43,674 bases of DNA from a virus. Below, in pieces: positions 15,959 through 26,547 of this stretch. Positions within the stretch are counted from its first letter, which is position 1. Every line of letters begins with the position of its first letter. A program made the position numbers and the translations under genes. Location: positions 1 to 43,674 of IMG/VR virus record IMGVR_UViG_3300045988_068477; one strand, 5' to 3'. Below the pieces are notes generated by a model, which saw only the letters and a list, made by a program, of their open reading frames with translations, did not search any database and was not told the DNA's origin.

Positions 15959-16376
15959 CACAGAGACCACAGAGCTTCCGGAAAACAATTTTGAACCATT
16001 CTTGGTCAATCATATCACCGTACTGCGCGGAGTCCTCCTGGATGCCTCCAAGGGCTCTAACGTAGCGAAAAGTGGCTTAGAGGGAGCTGACGCGGTAAAC
16101 CTCTATATCCCGGCCAGCGTGGAGGCCGTGGACGGCGTGACCGGTGCGGCAAAGCGGTATATCGGGCCTATTGAGTTTTGGAGGACAGAGGATAAATCCG
16201 ACCTGTGGACGCTCTCCGTGAGCCGTAACTGCTTTTTTGTTAAGGGAGAGGCTGTGCATCCAGACTGGACCGTGCAGACCATAGAGGCTGCCTATGATGA
16301 TGTGTACGACGTGACAAAGGTAGACTTCAAGGATTTCGGCGGTGAAATGGCTCACTGGGAAATTGGTGGCGTCTGA
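15930..16376 (+). CDS. neck/head-closure protein (putative)
   Basis: GTG start after GGAGGGGG. Assignment rests on synteny only. Confidence 0.55.
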   Translation: MFPHVVTIYNTETTELPENNFEPFLVNHITVLRGVLLDASKGSNVAKSGLEGADAVNLYIPASVEAVDGVTGAAKRYIGPIEFWRTEDKSDLWTLSVSRNCFFVKGEAVHPDWTVQTIEAAYDDVYDVTKVDFKDFGGEMAHWEIGGV

Positions 16377-16786
16377 TGCTGAAATTCAATGTGCATACCA
16401 GCGGGCTTGATTCCATTCCAGAACGGCTGGCGAGCGCATCCGAAAAGGCGGAACACATAGTTGCCATCCAAGTGAAGAAGGACACATCCCCCTATATCCC
16501 GCTCCTGACTGGTTCCCTTGATACACGGACAAGGGTAGATGGTTCCAGGATTATCTACCCCGGTCCATATGCCCGCTATCTCTACTATGGGAAATTGATG
16601 GTTGATCCGGAAACAGGCAGCAGCTATGCACGAAAGGGCACAACCAAAGTCCTGACAGACAAAAACCTTGTATTTAACAAGGCGATGCACACACAGGCAC
16701 AATCTCACTGGTTCGAGGCCAGCAAGGCCGAAAATCTGGAGAAATGGGTGCGTGTGGCAGATAAGGCGGTGAAACGTGATCTCTGA
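16376..16786 (+). CDS. minor capsid/tail-completion protein (Minor_capsid_1-like)
   Basis: TGATG overlap with the upstream stop. Contains a GPYARYLYYG motif. Synteny matches A118-type phages. Confidence 0.6.
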   Translation: MLKFNVHTSGLDSIPERLASASEKAEHIVAIQVKKDTSPYIPLLTGSLDTRTRVDGSRIIYPGPYARYLYYGKLMVDPETGSSYARKGTTKVLTDKNLVFNKAMHTQAQSHWFEASKAENLEKWVRVADKAVKRDL

Positions 16787-17246
16787 TAAAAAAGAAAGGC
16801 CGCGCATGTTGGCGGCGGCAGAAGAAGTGGACAAAATATCCCGATCCATGCTGGTATGGGCCAACACCTTCCCAGAAAAGCCGGTTGACATTATCAGGTA
16901 TGAGTTCCTGACCGCTGACCAGGGAGACGAAATCGGTATGGCTTTGTCTACTATCCAGGGAATTTATATCACAAAGAGGTTCATTCTGGGCGGCTATCAG
17001 GCGGAGTACCAATTCAAGATTATATACCGCATTAAGCCAGGGCGAAGCAACGATAAACGCCTGGAGGCGGACGAACTGTTGAATCACTTTGGCGACTGGG
17101 CAAGAAAAAATCTCCCTGATTTGGGAGATGAGATTCGGGCGCTACGGGTGGAACCAACCACGCAGTCATCCAAATTCGCCGCCTATGAGGACGGCTATGA
17201 AGACTACCAGATACTAATGAAGCTGACTTATGAGGTCGGCGTGTGA
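16776..17246 (+). CDS. minor capsid/tail-terminator-like protein
   Basis: Assignment rests on synteny. The start is uncertain (GTG 16776 or ATG 16806). Confidence 0.55.
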   Translation: MISDKKERPRMLAAAEEVDKISRSMLVWANTFPEKPVDIIRYEFLTADQGDEIGMALSTIQGIYITKRFILGGYQAEYQFKIIYRIKPGRSNDKRLEADELLNHFGDWARKNLPDLGDEIRALRVEPTTQSSKFAAYEDGYEDYQILMKLTYEVGV

Positions 17247-17259
17247 AAGGAGAAATAAT

Positions 17260-17784
17260 ATGGCTGATTTAGAGTTTAACACTACAGCGGGCCAGACTGT
17301 AGCCCGTGAAATGCTGATCGCCTACCTGAACACCGGCGAGAGCGGCACTCCTGTTTGGTCTCCCATCGGGAAGCGCGTAGAGGATAGCTCTATCGAGTTC
17401 GACTGGCAGACCGAGACTAAGGTGGACATCTTTGGAGACACATATACCACCGGCAAGAAGGCCACCAAGACCCAGACCTTCGATCCCTGCGAACTTGACG
17501 GTGCGGATAACGCCCAGAAGAAGATTTGGAATCTTGCCATCAAAGAAAACAACGTCAATGCCCTGCTAAACCAGGACATGTTAATTGTACATCTATATGC
17601 CGGAACGGCCAACACGGCGGTATTTGCCGAGCGGTATTCTGCCTGCTCTGTGCTTCCGTCCGGACTTGGCGGCGAAGGCGGGGGCGCCATTGGAATGCCA
17701 ATTGATGTGACCTACGGAGGAACTCGCACGACTGGAACAGCTGCAATTTCTGGCGGAACTGTCACTTTTACTGCTGACGAGTAA
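17260..17784 (+). CDS. major tail protein
   Basis: AAGGAG SD. 174 aa, located immediately before the chaperone pair and the tape measure gene. Confidence 0.7.
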   Translation: MADLEFNTTAGQTVAREMLIAYLNTGESGTPVWSPIGKRVEDSSIEFDWQTETKVDIFGDTYTTGKKATKTQTFDPCELDGADNAQKKIWNLAIKENNVNALLNQDMLIVHLYAGTANTAVFAERYSACSVLPSGLGGEGGGAIGMPIDVTYGGTRTTGTAAISGGTVTFTADE

Positions 17785-17796
17785 GGAGACACAAAG

Positions 17797-18228
17797 ATGA
17801 AAGAGCTCAATTTCGAAAGCGGTCTTGTTACATACAGCCTGAACGGCAAATGCGAGGTTATCTTCAACCCGTCTGATTCCAACTTTGTGGAGCGCCTGTA
17901 CTCTGCATTTGAGGACCTGGACAAGAAACAGGAGGGTTACAAGGCGACCATTGAAAAGATGGCAAACAAGAGGGAGATTTTTGAGTTTGCACGAGAGCGT
18001 GATTCCGAGATGCGGGAAATCATTGATGGCTTGTTCGGTGTTCCTGTCAGTGATGCCTTGTTCGGCGGGATGAACGTCTATGCTTTGGCAAATGGGCTTC
18101 CGGTGTGGTGTAACCTTATGCTGGCTGTGATGGACGAGGTAGACAGCACCTATGCAAGAGAGCAGAAGGCAACAAATCCAAGAATCGCTAAGTATACGGC
18201 GAAATACCAGAAATACCAGAAGAAGTAA
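17797..18228 (+). CDS. tail assembly chaperone
   Basis: Position between the major tail and tape measure genes. The protein has an acidic core and a basic tail. Confidence 0.6.
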   Translation: MKELNFESGLVTYSLNGKCEVIFNPSDSNFVERLYSAFEDLDKKQEGYKATIEKMANKREIFEFARERDSEMREIIDGLFGVPVSDALFGGMNVYALANGLPVWCNLMLAVMDEVDSTYAREQKATNPRIAKYTAKYQKYQKK

Positions 18229-18243
18229 CGGAAGGAGCACGGT

Positions 18244-18816
18244 ATGGGCTACGGTTTGCCAAAAAGCGTGACAGTAGGCGGTCAGGAGTTTGCTGTCCGC
18301 TATGACTACCGGGTCATTCTGGATATCTTCGAGGCCATGAATGACCCGGAGCTAAACAACCAGGACCGTGCACTTGCCGTGCTCCAGATGTTCTACCCTA
18401 GCTGGGAGGAGCTGTCCGACTTTGACGATGCGCTGCGGGAGTGCATGGTTTTTATCAACGGAGGCAAGGCCCAGCCGGAGGGTCGGAAGGCCCCTAATTT
18501 GGTGAGCTGGGAACAGGATTACCCGTACATTGTCGCACCCATCAACCGGGTCCTAGGGTATGAGGCCAGGGCAGTTGAGTACGACCCAGAGGCAAATTCA
18601 GGCGGGCTGCATTGGTGGACTTTCTTGGCAGCCTATTATGAGATCGGGGATTGCCTGTTTGCTCAAATCGTTAGAATACGGGATAAAAAAGCTCGCGGAA
18701 AACCGTTGGACAAGGCAGATCGGGAGTTCTACCGAAAAAATAGGGATTTGGTAGACATTAAAACTCGGCACACGGAAGAGGAGGACACACTCCTGAAATT
18801 GTGGACAGGCAATTAA
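18244..18816 (+). CDS. Gp15-family tail assembly protein
   Basis: GLPKSVTVGGQEFAVRYDYRVILDIFEAMNDPEL resembles the Phage_Gp15 family. Confidence 0.65.
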   Translation: MGYGLPKSVTVGGQEFAVRYDYRVILDIFEAMNDPELNNQDRALAVLQMFYPSWEELSDFDDALRECMVFINGGKAQPEGRKAPNLVSWEQDYPYIVAPINRVLGYEARAVEYDPEANSGGLHWWTFLAAYYEIGDCLFAQIVRIRDKKARGKPLDKADREFYRKNRDLVDIKTRHTEEEDTLLKLWTGN

Positions 18817-18849
18817 CTTTCGGCATAGAAGCCAAAAGGTGGTGATTTT

Positions 18850-21105
18850 ATGGCGGCAGATGGGTCCATCATTATACAGACGGACATTGACAATAAAAAG
18901 GCCCAGACGGAACTGAATCGTTTAACAAGCAAAATTGATAAAATGCGAAAAAGCCTATCGAAAGATGAAGGGGAAAAGAGCGGAATAGAGGCTGAATTGA
19001 ATGCAGCCAAAGACGAAGCTCTAAAAACAGAGCAAACAATCAAGCGACTGAAAACCGAGCTGGCTGAAACTCAAAAAATTACCATCGGAGAAGTTGATGC
19101 ACGTCCTACTGTCTTTATGGACGCCAAAAACAGACATGCAGAAATTTTAGCGCAGTTAAAAGAGCAGGAAGCTTTACTGGCCCAGCAGGACAAAGAGACG
19201 CAGCGGCTGGATACCAAATATGCAAAAATTACAGACAAGGTAATACAGACAACAAATGAGCTAAAAGACGCAGAAACCCATGCAGGCGCTTTGTCTGCTC
19301 AGTTGACACAAGCCGGGACTGCTGGGAACGTAATGGCTAGCGCCGCAGATCAGGCTGGAAAATACATGGACAAGTTTATCAATCGGGTCAAGGGATTGGC
19401 CCGCAGGGTGTTTGTTTTTACACTTATCACCTCTGCGTTGCGCGCCATGCGAACATGGCTCTGGAAAGTCATACAAACCGATAGTGAAGCTACGGCATCC
19501 GTCGCAAAGTTGAAAGGTGCGCTTTTGACGCTGGCGCAGCCTCTTGTAAATGTAATTATTCCAGCTTTTATAACGCTTGTGAATGTGTTGGCTAGGGTCG
19601 TGTCGGCAATTGCGTCGCTTATATCTATGTTGTTTGGGTCGACAATAGAGCAGTCAAGCGAAGCGGCAGAAAGTCTCTATCAGGAAACGGAAGCGCTTGA
19701 GGGCGTTGGAAGCGCAGCAAAAGATGCCGGAAAATCTATGGCTTCCTTTGATGAAATTAATCAGCTTTCCGGCGGTGCTAAGAGCGGTGGAGGCGGAAGC
19801 GGCAGTTCAACGATTACTCCTGATTTTAACCTAGATGCTGAGGAAGGCATCCTAAACGATATTCTAAGGCTGGTGGGTGCAATTGGGGCTGGCCTCCTTG
19901 CATGGAAAATCGCAAGCGGTTTTACAAATTCGCTCCAGACATTGGCCGGAGTTGCCCTTATTGTCGGCGGTGCATTAGAGTTTGTTTTTAATTGGCTGGA
20001 TGCGTGGAATAACGGCGTCGATTGGGGAAATTTGAACGGTATGGTCCTTGGGCTTGCTGCAGCGGCAGTTGGACTATACATGGTTCTAGGGCCTGTAGCG
20101 GCTGGCATTGCACTTATAGTAGGAGGTCTTCTAATCTTAGCGACGGGCATCAAAGACGTTATTGAAAACGGATGGACAATGGAGAATTTATTCACCATTA
20201 TTGCTGGACTATTCGCTGCAGGAATTGGAATTTCCATTTTAACTGGTTCGTTTATCCCGGCATTGGTGGCTGGAATACTTGGCATCCTCTTGGCAATTAC
20301 AGTCCTGACCGGTCATGGGGGAGAACTGATTGACGGCCTAAAAGAGATGTTCAGCGGCTTTACTGACTTTTTCAAAGGGGTATTTACTGGCGACTTTGAA
20401 CTGGCAGCCCAAGGAATAGAAAAAATATTTAATGGACTCGGAACTGTATTTAACGCTGTCCTGGACGGAATTAAGGATGCCTTTATCGGCCTGCTGAATT
20501 GGCTGGATGAAAAAACAGGTGGGAAACTGCATGGTATCTTAGAGACAATAAAGGGTATGTTTACCGGACTCGTTGATGGAATAAAACAGATTCTTGGTGG
20601 TATTATCGAGTTTCTGACTGGAGTATTTACTGGCGATTGGGATCGCGCATGGAATGGCGTCAAAGACATTTTTAAAGGTGTATGGAATGGTGTCGTCTCG
20701 CTCTTAGAAGGCGCTGTTAATTTGATTATTAAGGGCGTAAATTGGCTCATTTCCCAGCTAAACAAAATCCATTTTGAACTTCCGGATTGGATTCCTGGAA
20801 TTGGCGGAAAATCATTTGGAATTAATATCCCGCTTGTCTCTGAAATTCAGATTCCACGATTGGCCCAAGGCGCTGTGATTCCACCTAATCGGGAGTTTAT
20901 GGCTGTGCTTGGAGATCAGAAGAGTGGCACAAACATTGAGGCCCCGGAAGCGTTAATCCGCCGAATTGTAAAAGAAGAAGCAGGAAACAATGGCGGCAGC
21001 ATGACATTGGTTTTGGACGGAGACCTTGCAGCGCTTGCTACTGTATTTCGCCCGTACCTATTGAAAGAGGACAAACGGATAGGCGTTAAATTGACCACAA
21101 GATAG
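18850..21105 (+). CDS. tape measure protein
   Basis: 751 aa with an N-terminal coiled coil, a Gly-rich hydrophobic central block, and repeated FTG-containing segments. Confidence 0.9.
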   Translation: MAADGSIIIQTDIDNKKAQTELNRLTSKIDKMRKSLSKDEGEKSGIEAELNAAKDEALKTEQTIKRLKTELAETQKITIGEVDARPTVFMDAKNRHAEILAQLKEQEALLAQQDKETQRLDTKYAKITDKVIQTTNELKDAETHAGALSAQLTQAGTAGNVMASAADQAGKYMDKFINRVKGLARRVFVFTLITSALRAMRTWLWKVIQTDSEATASVAKLKGALLTLAQPLVNVIIPAFITLVNVLARVVSAIASLISMLFGSTIEQSSEAAESLYQETEALEGVGSAAKDAGKSMASFDEINQLSGGAKSGGGGSGSSTITPDFNLDAEEGILNDILRLVGAIGAGLLAWKIASGFTNSLQTLAGVALIVGGALEFVFNWLDAWNNGVDWGNLNGMVLGLAAAAVGLYMVLGPVAAGIALIVGGLLILATGIKDVIENGWTMENLFTIIAGLFAAGIGISILTGSFIPALVAGILGILLAITVLTGHGGELIDGLKEMFSGFTDFFKGVFTGDFELAAQGIEKIFNGLGTVFNAVLDGIKDAFIGLLNWLDEKTGGKLHGILETIKGMFTGLVDGIKQILGGIIEFLTGVFTGDWDRAWNGVKDIFKGVWNGVVSLLEGAVNLIIKGVNWLISQLNKIHFELPDWIPGIGGKSFGINIPLVSEIQIPRLAQGAVIPPNREFMAVLGDQKSGTNIEAPEALIRRIVKEEAGNNGGSMTLVLDGDLAALATVFRPYLLKEDKRIGVKLTTR

Positions 21106-21114
21106 GAGATCGTC

Positions 21115-21513
21115 ATGAGCTACATCAAATTGAACGGAATAGAGTTTGATGCCGACGTGGCGATCTCCTCATATAACCGGAATTTTAATGTTCTAGACGG
21201 AGAGAACGCCGGACGAGTCATGACGGGACGCATGGTACGAGATGTGATTGGAACCTATTTGGGGCACAAGCTGACTGTATTCCGACGCGGTGACAATTAC
21301 CAAGGACTAGACAAATTTTGGGATTACTTGTACCAGCATTCTGTAGATGACAGCGTTATGCTGGAAGCTGCGGACGGACAATCTGTCATTAAATATGAAG
21401 CCTATTATACCAGCGCTTCTCAGGACATAGAGAAAGTAGAGGGCGGAATTAATTATTGGGGAGAAATTGAAGTTAGCTTTATTCCGATGGACGCACAGGT
21501 GAGACCGACATGA
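21115..21513 (+). CDS. tail component (hypothetical, 132 aa)
   Basis: Directly follows the tape measure gene. I recognise no family. Confidence 0.55.
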   Translation: MSYIKLNGIEFDADVAISSYNRNFNVLDGENAGRVMTGRMVRDVIGTYLGHKLTVFRRGDNYQGLDKFWDYLYQHSVDDSVMLEAADGQSVIKYEAYYTSASQDIEKVEGGINYWGEIEVSFIPMDAQVRPT

Positions 21514-22967
21514 GTATTACAAAAATTCTTTACAAGGATGTAGCCCCAGCAGCCGAAAGTGATGCCACTGTATCTACTGCGGATGCATCTGAATTTTCCA
21601 CACCTTCGCTTCTTCCGTCTGGTCTGGAAGCTGTTCCGATTTCTTCTTTGGAAGTGAATTATTGGGGACTAAATGGAAAGCATAGCTTAATTGATGGTCA
21701 TATGCTGGCTTTTTGGTCCGCTGAAATGAGCGGCATAGACGGAGTGTTTGAACACGCTCCGGTTATCGAAATATCTTTTAGCCAACAGCATTCCTCTTTA
21801 GGTGTTACGCTACTATTTGACACGGCGAGCGGTGGTTATTGCTCACTTGTAAATATCAAATGGTATCAGGGTGAAACGCTAAAAGCAGATTCGGATTTTA
21901 ATCCGGATAGTTCTTCATATTTTTGTTCGCAAAAAGTAACTAGCTTTGACAAAGTAGTTCTTACAATAAACAATACAAATCTTCCGTATCGCTATGCAAA
22001 GCTGGAACAAATTGTATTTGGAATTTACAGATATTTTGGCATGACGGAAATTCGGTCGGCTTCTGTAACGAATCAAATGAATCTTATCGCTGCAGAACTA
22101 CCGGTATCAAAGCTTTCTTGGACGCTGGACAGCCATGACGATGTTGACTTTATGTTTCAACTAAAACAACCAGTAGAAGTGCGCAATGATAATAGTCTGA
22201 TAGGAGTTTATTACATAGACGAGTACAGACGCAGCGCGAAAAACATCTATTCTCTTGAATGCTATGATGCATTTGGAGTTTTGGATGAAAGTACGTTCCC
22301 TGGCGGTGCGTACTTATCCGGAATTTCTGCTAAGGAACTCTTTAGCACAATTGCTGGAGGATTTTTTGATGTAGATTACGAAACAGAAGATGTTACACTG
22401 ATCGGCGTGCTTCAGCCCAGCAGCAGACGAGAAGCGGCACAGCAGGTATTGTTTGCCTGGGGCGCATGCGCCTCCACAGACGGACGGGAAAGTATCCGTG
22501 TATTTTCGCTTGATGCTGATTTGACTGAAATCGGGAAAAATAAGACCTATACCGGAGTGACAGTAGAAACAGCGGCCATTGTTACAGAAGTAAAGATTAC
22601 AGCGCATACTTACACACAGAATGAAAACGGGAGCATTGAGATCAACGGAACTAAATATCAGGATGTGCAAACCATATACACGGTATCAAATCCTGATGTG
22701 ACGGCCACGGATAAGCAAAATATCATCGAGGTAACCAATGCAACGCTAGTGTCAGAAGGGATTGGGCAAACGACTGCACAACGGGTGTACGACTATTATC
22801 AAAAACGAAATACAAACAAGGCTAAGATTGTGTGGAATAGAGAACGGCTTGGCGACTATGTGGGCCTTCCAAATGCGTGGGGGTCCACGAACGAGGGACA
22901 CATTGAAAAAATGTCCATTACCTTATCTAATACAGTAGCTGCCACCTGCGATGCATTGGGGGGATAA
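21510..22967 (+). CDS. tail/baseplate protein (485 aa)
   Basis: ATGA overlap with the upstream stop. Assignment rests on synteny downstream of the tape measure gene. Confidence 0.6.
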   Translation: MSITKILYKDVAPAAESDATVSTADASEFSTPSLLPSGLEAVPISSLEVNYWGLNGKHSLIDGHMLAFWSAEMSGIDGVFEHAPVIEISFSQQHSSLGVTLLFDTASGGYCSLVNIKWYQGETLKADSDFNPDSSSYFCSQKVTSFDKVVLTINNTNLPYRYAKLEQIVFGIYRYFGMTEIRSASVTNQMNLIAAELPVSKLSWTLDSHDDVDFMFQLKQPVEVRNDNSLIGVYYIDEYRRSAKNIYSLECYDAFGVLDESTFPGGAYLSGISAKELFSTIAGGFFDVDYETEDVTLIGVLQPSSRREAAQQVLFAWGACASTDGRESIRVFSLDADLTEIGKNKTYTGVTVETAAIVTEVKITAHTYTQNENGSIEINGTKYQDVQTIYTVSNPDVTATDKQNIIEVTNATLVSEGIGQTTAQRVYDYYQKRNTNKAKIVWNRERLGDYVGLPNAWGSTNEGHIEKMSITLSNTVAATCDALGG

Positions 22968-22970
22968 GCG

Positions 22971-23138
22971 ATGGAGAGCTATCCGGTAGTAATTCCATCA
23001 ATAACGTGGGCAGAATTTAGCGTAAACCCTGCAAACATAAACACAAAAACGAAACTAAGCGCATCTGTTTCTGAAGTGACAATCTACCTAGAGCCCTATT
23101 ATTACTATGCGGGCGAGCTATACAGCGGGGAGGTTTGA
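22971..23138 (+). CDS. small tail-associated protein (55 aa) ending YYAGELYSGEV
   Basis: ATG 22971 lies 3 nt after the upstream stop. It shares a C-terminal motif with 24052..24732. It falls below the ORF-track cutoff. Confidence 0.5.
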   Translation: MESYPVVIPSITWAEFSVNPANINTKTKLSASVSEVTIYLEPYYYYAGELYSGEV

Positions 23139-23140
23139 AT

Positions 23141-24043
23141 ATGGCAATATCCAGCGTCACAGCAACAATTAATGGGCAGGTCTATACTCTAAACCTGAAC
23201 AGCTCTACGGGTAAATATGAAGCCACCATCACGGCGCCTGGGGCTACGTCCTACAATTTAGACGGCGGCTATTATAATGTAAGTATAAAAGCCGTCAACG
23301 ATGCCGGAACCAGCGCCACCGCAGACGGAGCAACTTTGACTGGGCTTCGTCTGGTGGTAAAGGAGAAGGTAGCTCCTATTATCACAATCCTTTCTCCATC
23401 CAGCGGGGCTTATGTTACTAACAGTAAGCAGCCGGTGGTGTTTACTGTTACCGATGAGGCGGGCGGCTCCGGCGTGAACCTGAGCAGCGTAGCGGTTAAG
23501 CTGGACAATACTTCCGTAGCGGCCAGCACGCTTGCTCACACAGCGATTACCAACGGGTACAGCTTTACATACACCCCGGCATCTGCGCTGTCAGACGGGG
23601 CTCATACGGTCCATGTGGCGGCATCGGATAACGATGGCAACGCGGCCACGGCAAAGAGCACGACATTCACCGTAGATACAGTTCCGCCGACTTTGAATCT
23701 GACTGCTCCAACGGACGGCCTGATTACCAACAGCGCAAGCCTGAATGTGTTTGGCTCCACCAATGACGCCACGAGCAGTCCTGTGACGATTACGATCAAA
23801 CTTAACGGGGCAGACCAGGGTGCGATTACAGTTTCTTCAAGTGGCAGCTTTACTAAGTCGGTCATTTTGAAGGAGGGCTCCAATACACTCGTTGTCACGG
23901 CGACGGATGCGGCTGGGAAGACAAGCAACGTTACGCGGACGGTGACACTGGATACAAGCGTGCCGGTTATTTCGGACGCTGTTATCACGCCCAACCCGGC
24001 AGATGCGGGTGCAACAGTTGTCATTACAGTAACGATTTCTTGA
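23141..24043 (+). CDS. tail fibre/adhesin with tandem Ig-like domains
   Basis: GGAGG lies 8 nt upstream. The protein has repeated T/S/V-rich beta segments (VTDEAGGSGVN..., ASDNDGNAAT..., ATDAAGKTSN...). Confidence 0.7.
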   Translation: MAISSVTATINGQVYTLNLNSSTGKYEATITAPGATSYNLDGGYYNVSIKAVNDAGTSATADGATLTGLRLVVKEKVAPIITILSPSSGAYVTNSKQPVVFTVTDEAGGSGVNLSSVAVKLDNTSVAASTLAHTAITNGYSFTYTPASALSDGAHTVHVAASDNDGNAATAKSTTFTVDTVPPTLNLTAPTDGLITNSASLNVFGSTNDATSSPVTITIKLNGADQGAITVSSSGSFTKSVILKEGSNTLVVTATDAAGKTSNVTRTVTLDTSVPVISDAVITPNPADAGATVVITVTIS

Positions 24044-24051
24044 GGTGATCT

Positions 24052-24732
24052 ATGGGGACTCAAGCGCTATCAGTATCCCTTCCGTCCGGGACGATTTACG
24101 TCTCCGGCACCGTAAACGGTGATACGGTTGTCTGGACTAACACGGAAGGGAACACCTGGGAAGCCGTAGCGGATAGAGCGACAAATGATATTTATGAGGT
24201 ATCTCTGACAATCATAAACAGTGCGGGGACAACGACCCATACAGATTTGACGCTATACTATGGAGTGCTCAACCTGATTACCGACCGGACGCAGGCGGAC
24301 GTGGAGCGGGTGCAATATTTAGCCTCCGTCGGCTGGGAAAACATGACGGACGCAGAAAAGGCAGAATGGAGTACACCCCTAAAAGGCGCTTACAACGCTT
24401 CCGATCTGAATCGTGTAGGTGCTGCGGTTACTTATATTTCAAACCGGCTCTTTGAGTACGGATATTTTGTGCCGGTTACAGCAAAGCAAGATTGGGACAA
24501 GACCGGCATCCCAACGCAGGCGGATATGTATTTGCACCTCCAGAATGTGCGAAAGCTGAAAGGCACCTTGGACGAGATTGGGTACACTCCGGATGTGCCT
24601 GAAGATATGGAACACCTGACTTATCAGGAAGCAAACGATATCGAGAAAATTTTGGTCGATCTTGATTTCCTTTTGAACAATATGGTTGCCGCATGGTTTT
24701 ACGCGGGAGAACTATATGCCGGGGAGGTATAG
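24052..24732 (+). CDS. tail fibre-associated protein ending FYAGELYAGEV
   Basis: The LITDRTQADVERVQYL...KGAYNASDLNRV motif is common in Firmicute phage fibre modules. Confidence 0.65.
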   Translation: MGTQALSVSLPSGTIYVSGTVNGDTVVWTNTEGNTWEAVADRATNDIYEVSLTIINSAGTTTHTDLTLYYGVLNLITDRTQADVERVQYLASVGWENMTDAEKAEWSTPLKGAYNASDLNRVGAAVTYISNRLFEYGYFVPVTAKQDWDKTGIPTQADMYLHLQNVRKLKGTLDEIGYTPDVPEDMEHLTYQEANDIEKILVDLDFLLNNMVAAWFYAGELYAGEV

Positions 24733-24735
24733 AAA

Positions 24736-26541
24736 TTGATTGATGTAAACGACAGAGTTCCGCTTTATCCTGGACGTGTAAAGATGACTCCGGTAAGTGG
24801 GCAGGCCAATGTCTACGACATGGTGCGTGCGGATCAACCGCAAAAGGGCGGAACTCCATTAAACCGCAACACATTCCGCCAAACGCAAGCCGATATCCGC
24901 ACCTACCCCATCGCCACGGGCAACAGCGTGATGGCGGGGGACGTGGTGGACGTGGTGGACGGGGAGGTGACGAGGAGCGTTGTCGCTGAGGCGAATGTGC
25001 AGAATGTGTTCGTTACGAACGCAATCACTAAAAATACAATATGCTGTCTGAATGATAATGTATCTGTAGCGGCTTATGTCCAAAGCAACCAATTGGTGGC
25101 CAGTCTGCTCGATAATCAGACTGGGAAAGTAATTAATACACAAAATTCAACGTCTGCCGCTACTGACGTAAGTCTTGCGCGGTTGAGCGACACCAAGGCT
25201 GTAGTTTCTTGGGCATACGGCAGCCAAGTATACACCCGCCTTGTAACAATAGACACATCCTCAATTACTTTCGGCACCACAGTGCAGCCAACCGGAAACA
25301 ATTCCGAATACCCGTGTGTTGTGGCACTAGATACCGATAAAGTTGTAGTTTTTTATAGCTCCGTTGGTGCGGATTCCATTGATGCAAATGTTGGAACTAT
25401 TTCAGGGAATACAATTACGTATCCTTTATCTGGATACTCAAAGTCTGGGTATGCACCAGCAAACATCTCTGCCACCCTCCTCCCTGACGATAGCAGCGGC
25501 AACAAGCGGGTGTGCGTGTGCTTCTCGGACACAAATGACAGCAACAAGGGCAAGGCAGTGATTGCCACCATTAACAGTTCCAATGTGGTGACGTGGGGGA
25601 GCGTAGTGACGTTCAATAGTGTGAACAACCGCTCGATTTCTTGCGCAGCGAATGGGAATACCGTGGTCGTCTCCTACAACTTCGGTGAAAATCTTGCTGC
25701 TTGCCAAGCTCTCATTGTGAACGGAACGAGCATCGCGGTCGGAAGCCAAACGTCCCTTTTGCAGATCGAATTTGGATTCAGGAACTGCATAATTTATGTT
25801 GGTAAAAATTTTATTGTTTGCGGAAGCGGAATAACTACCAGTTTCACACCAACTAATTCTTACGCCGCGGTACTAAATGTAAGTGGAACAACCATAACTG
25901 TAAATACCGCATACAAATTTCGTTCTGGAGTTTTATCTTATCTGAGTGCCTGTCCAATTTCTGATAATAAATTTATCATCGCCTACGCCGACAGTGGCAA
26001 TGCCTACGGAACAGACACCATCCTAGAAATCAATGGCAACCAGATTGCTGGTGGCTTCACGGATACCAGCGCCCAAGCCATTGCTCTGGAGAGCGGCGAG
26101 GCAGGGCAGGAGATCGAGGTAATCTTTGCGGGCACTACCGCAGCGGACTTTGTAACCGAGGGGCAGGCGATACCGAGCGACGGCGTATACGGCTACGGGC
26201 CTGTGGGTGGGTGGCTGAATGTTATCCCCTATTGGGCCAAGGAGGCCGGGGTCAGGATTGCCACGGGGAGCTATGTGGGAACGGATAAATCGGGTAGTGC
26301 AAATCCAAATATGTTGACGTTTGAATTTGAGCCAAAACTGTTAGTAATAAGCGGCGACAATGGGTCGCAAGGCATTTTTGTAATTAATAGTGTTGCACGT
26401 GCAGAGTATTCCAATTCCAATGTTACACTTAACGTGAAATGGGAAGGGAAAACAGTAACATGGTGGGCACGCGCTAGCAACGAGGCGGCGGGGCAACTTA
26501 ATAGTGGTGGTACAACTTATTGCTATGTTGCCATCGGCTAA
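24736..26541 (+). CDS. tail fibre/receptor-binding protein
   Basis: 601 aa with a TTG start. The N-terminus DRVPLYPGRVKMTPVSGQANVYDMVRADQPQKGGTPLNR is typical of fibre proteins. The rest is repetitive and beta-rich. Confidence 0.75.
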   Translation: MIDVNDRVPLYPGRVKMTPVSGQANVYDMVRADQPQKGGTPLNRNTFRQTQADIRTYPIATGNSVMAGDVVDVVDGEVTRSVVAEANVQNVFVTNAITKNTICCLNDNVSVAAYVQSNQLVASLLDNQTGKVINTQNSTSAATDVSLARLSDTKAVVSWAYGSQVYTRLVTIDTSSITFGTTVQPTGNNSEYPCVVALDTDKVVVFYSSVGADSIDANVGTISGNTITYPLSGYSKSGYAPANISATLLPDDSSGNKRVCVCFSDTNDSNKGKAVIATINSSNVVTWGSVVTFNSVNNRSISCAANGNTVVVSYNFGENLAACQALIVNGTSIAVGSQTSLLQIEFGFRNCIIYVGKNFIVCGSGITTSFTPTNSYAAVLNVSGTTITVNTAYKFRSGVLSYLSACPISDNKFIIAYADSGNAYGTDTILEINGNQIAGGFTDTSAQAIALESGEAGQEIEVIFAGTTAADFVTEGQAIPSDGVYGYGPVGGWLNVIPYWAKEAGVRIATGSYVGTDKSGSANPNMLTFEFEPKLLVISGDNGSQGIFVINSVARAEYSNSNVTLNVKWEGKTVTWWARASNEAAGQLNSGGTTYCYVAIG

Positions 26542-26547
26542 GAAAGG

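Noticed and set aside
17797-18816. Programmed -1 frameshift between the two tail chaperone ORFs (gpG/gpGT style).
   Set aside because: The ORFs are separated by 15 nt, and the second has its own SD (GGAAGGAG) and ATG. There is no overlap or slippery heptamer at the junction.
24736-26541. Diversity-generating retroelement targeting the tail fibre.
   Set aside because: No reverse transcriptase gene exists anywhere in the genome. I found no template-repeat copy of the fibre 3' region.
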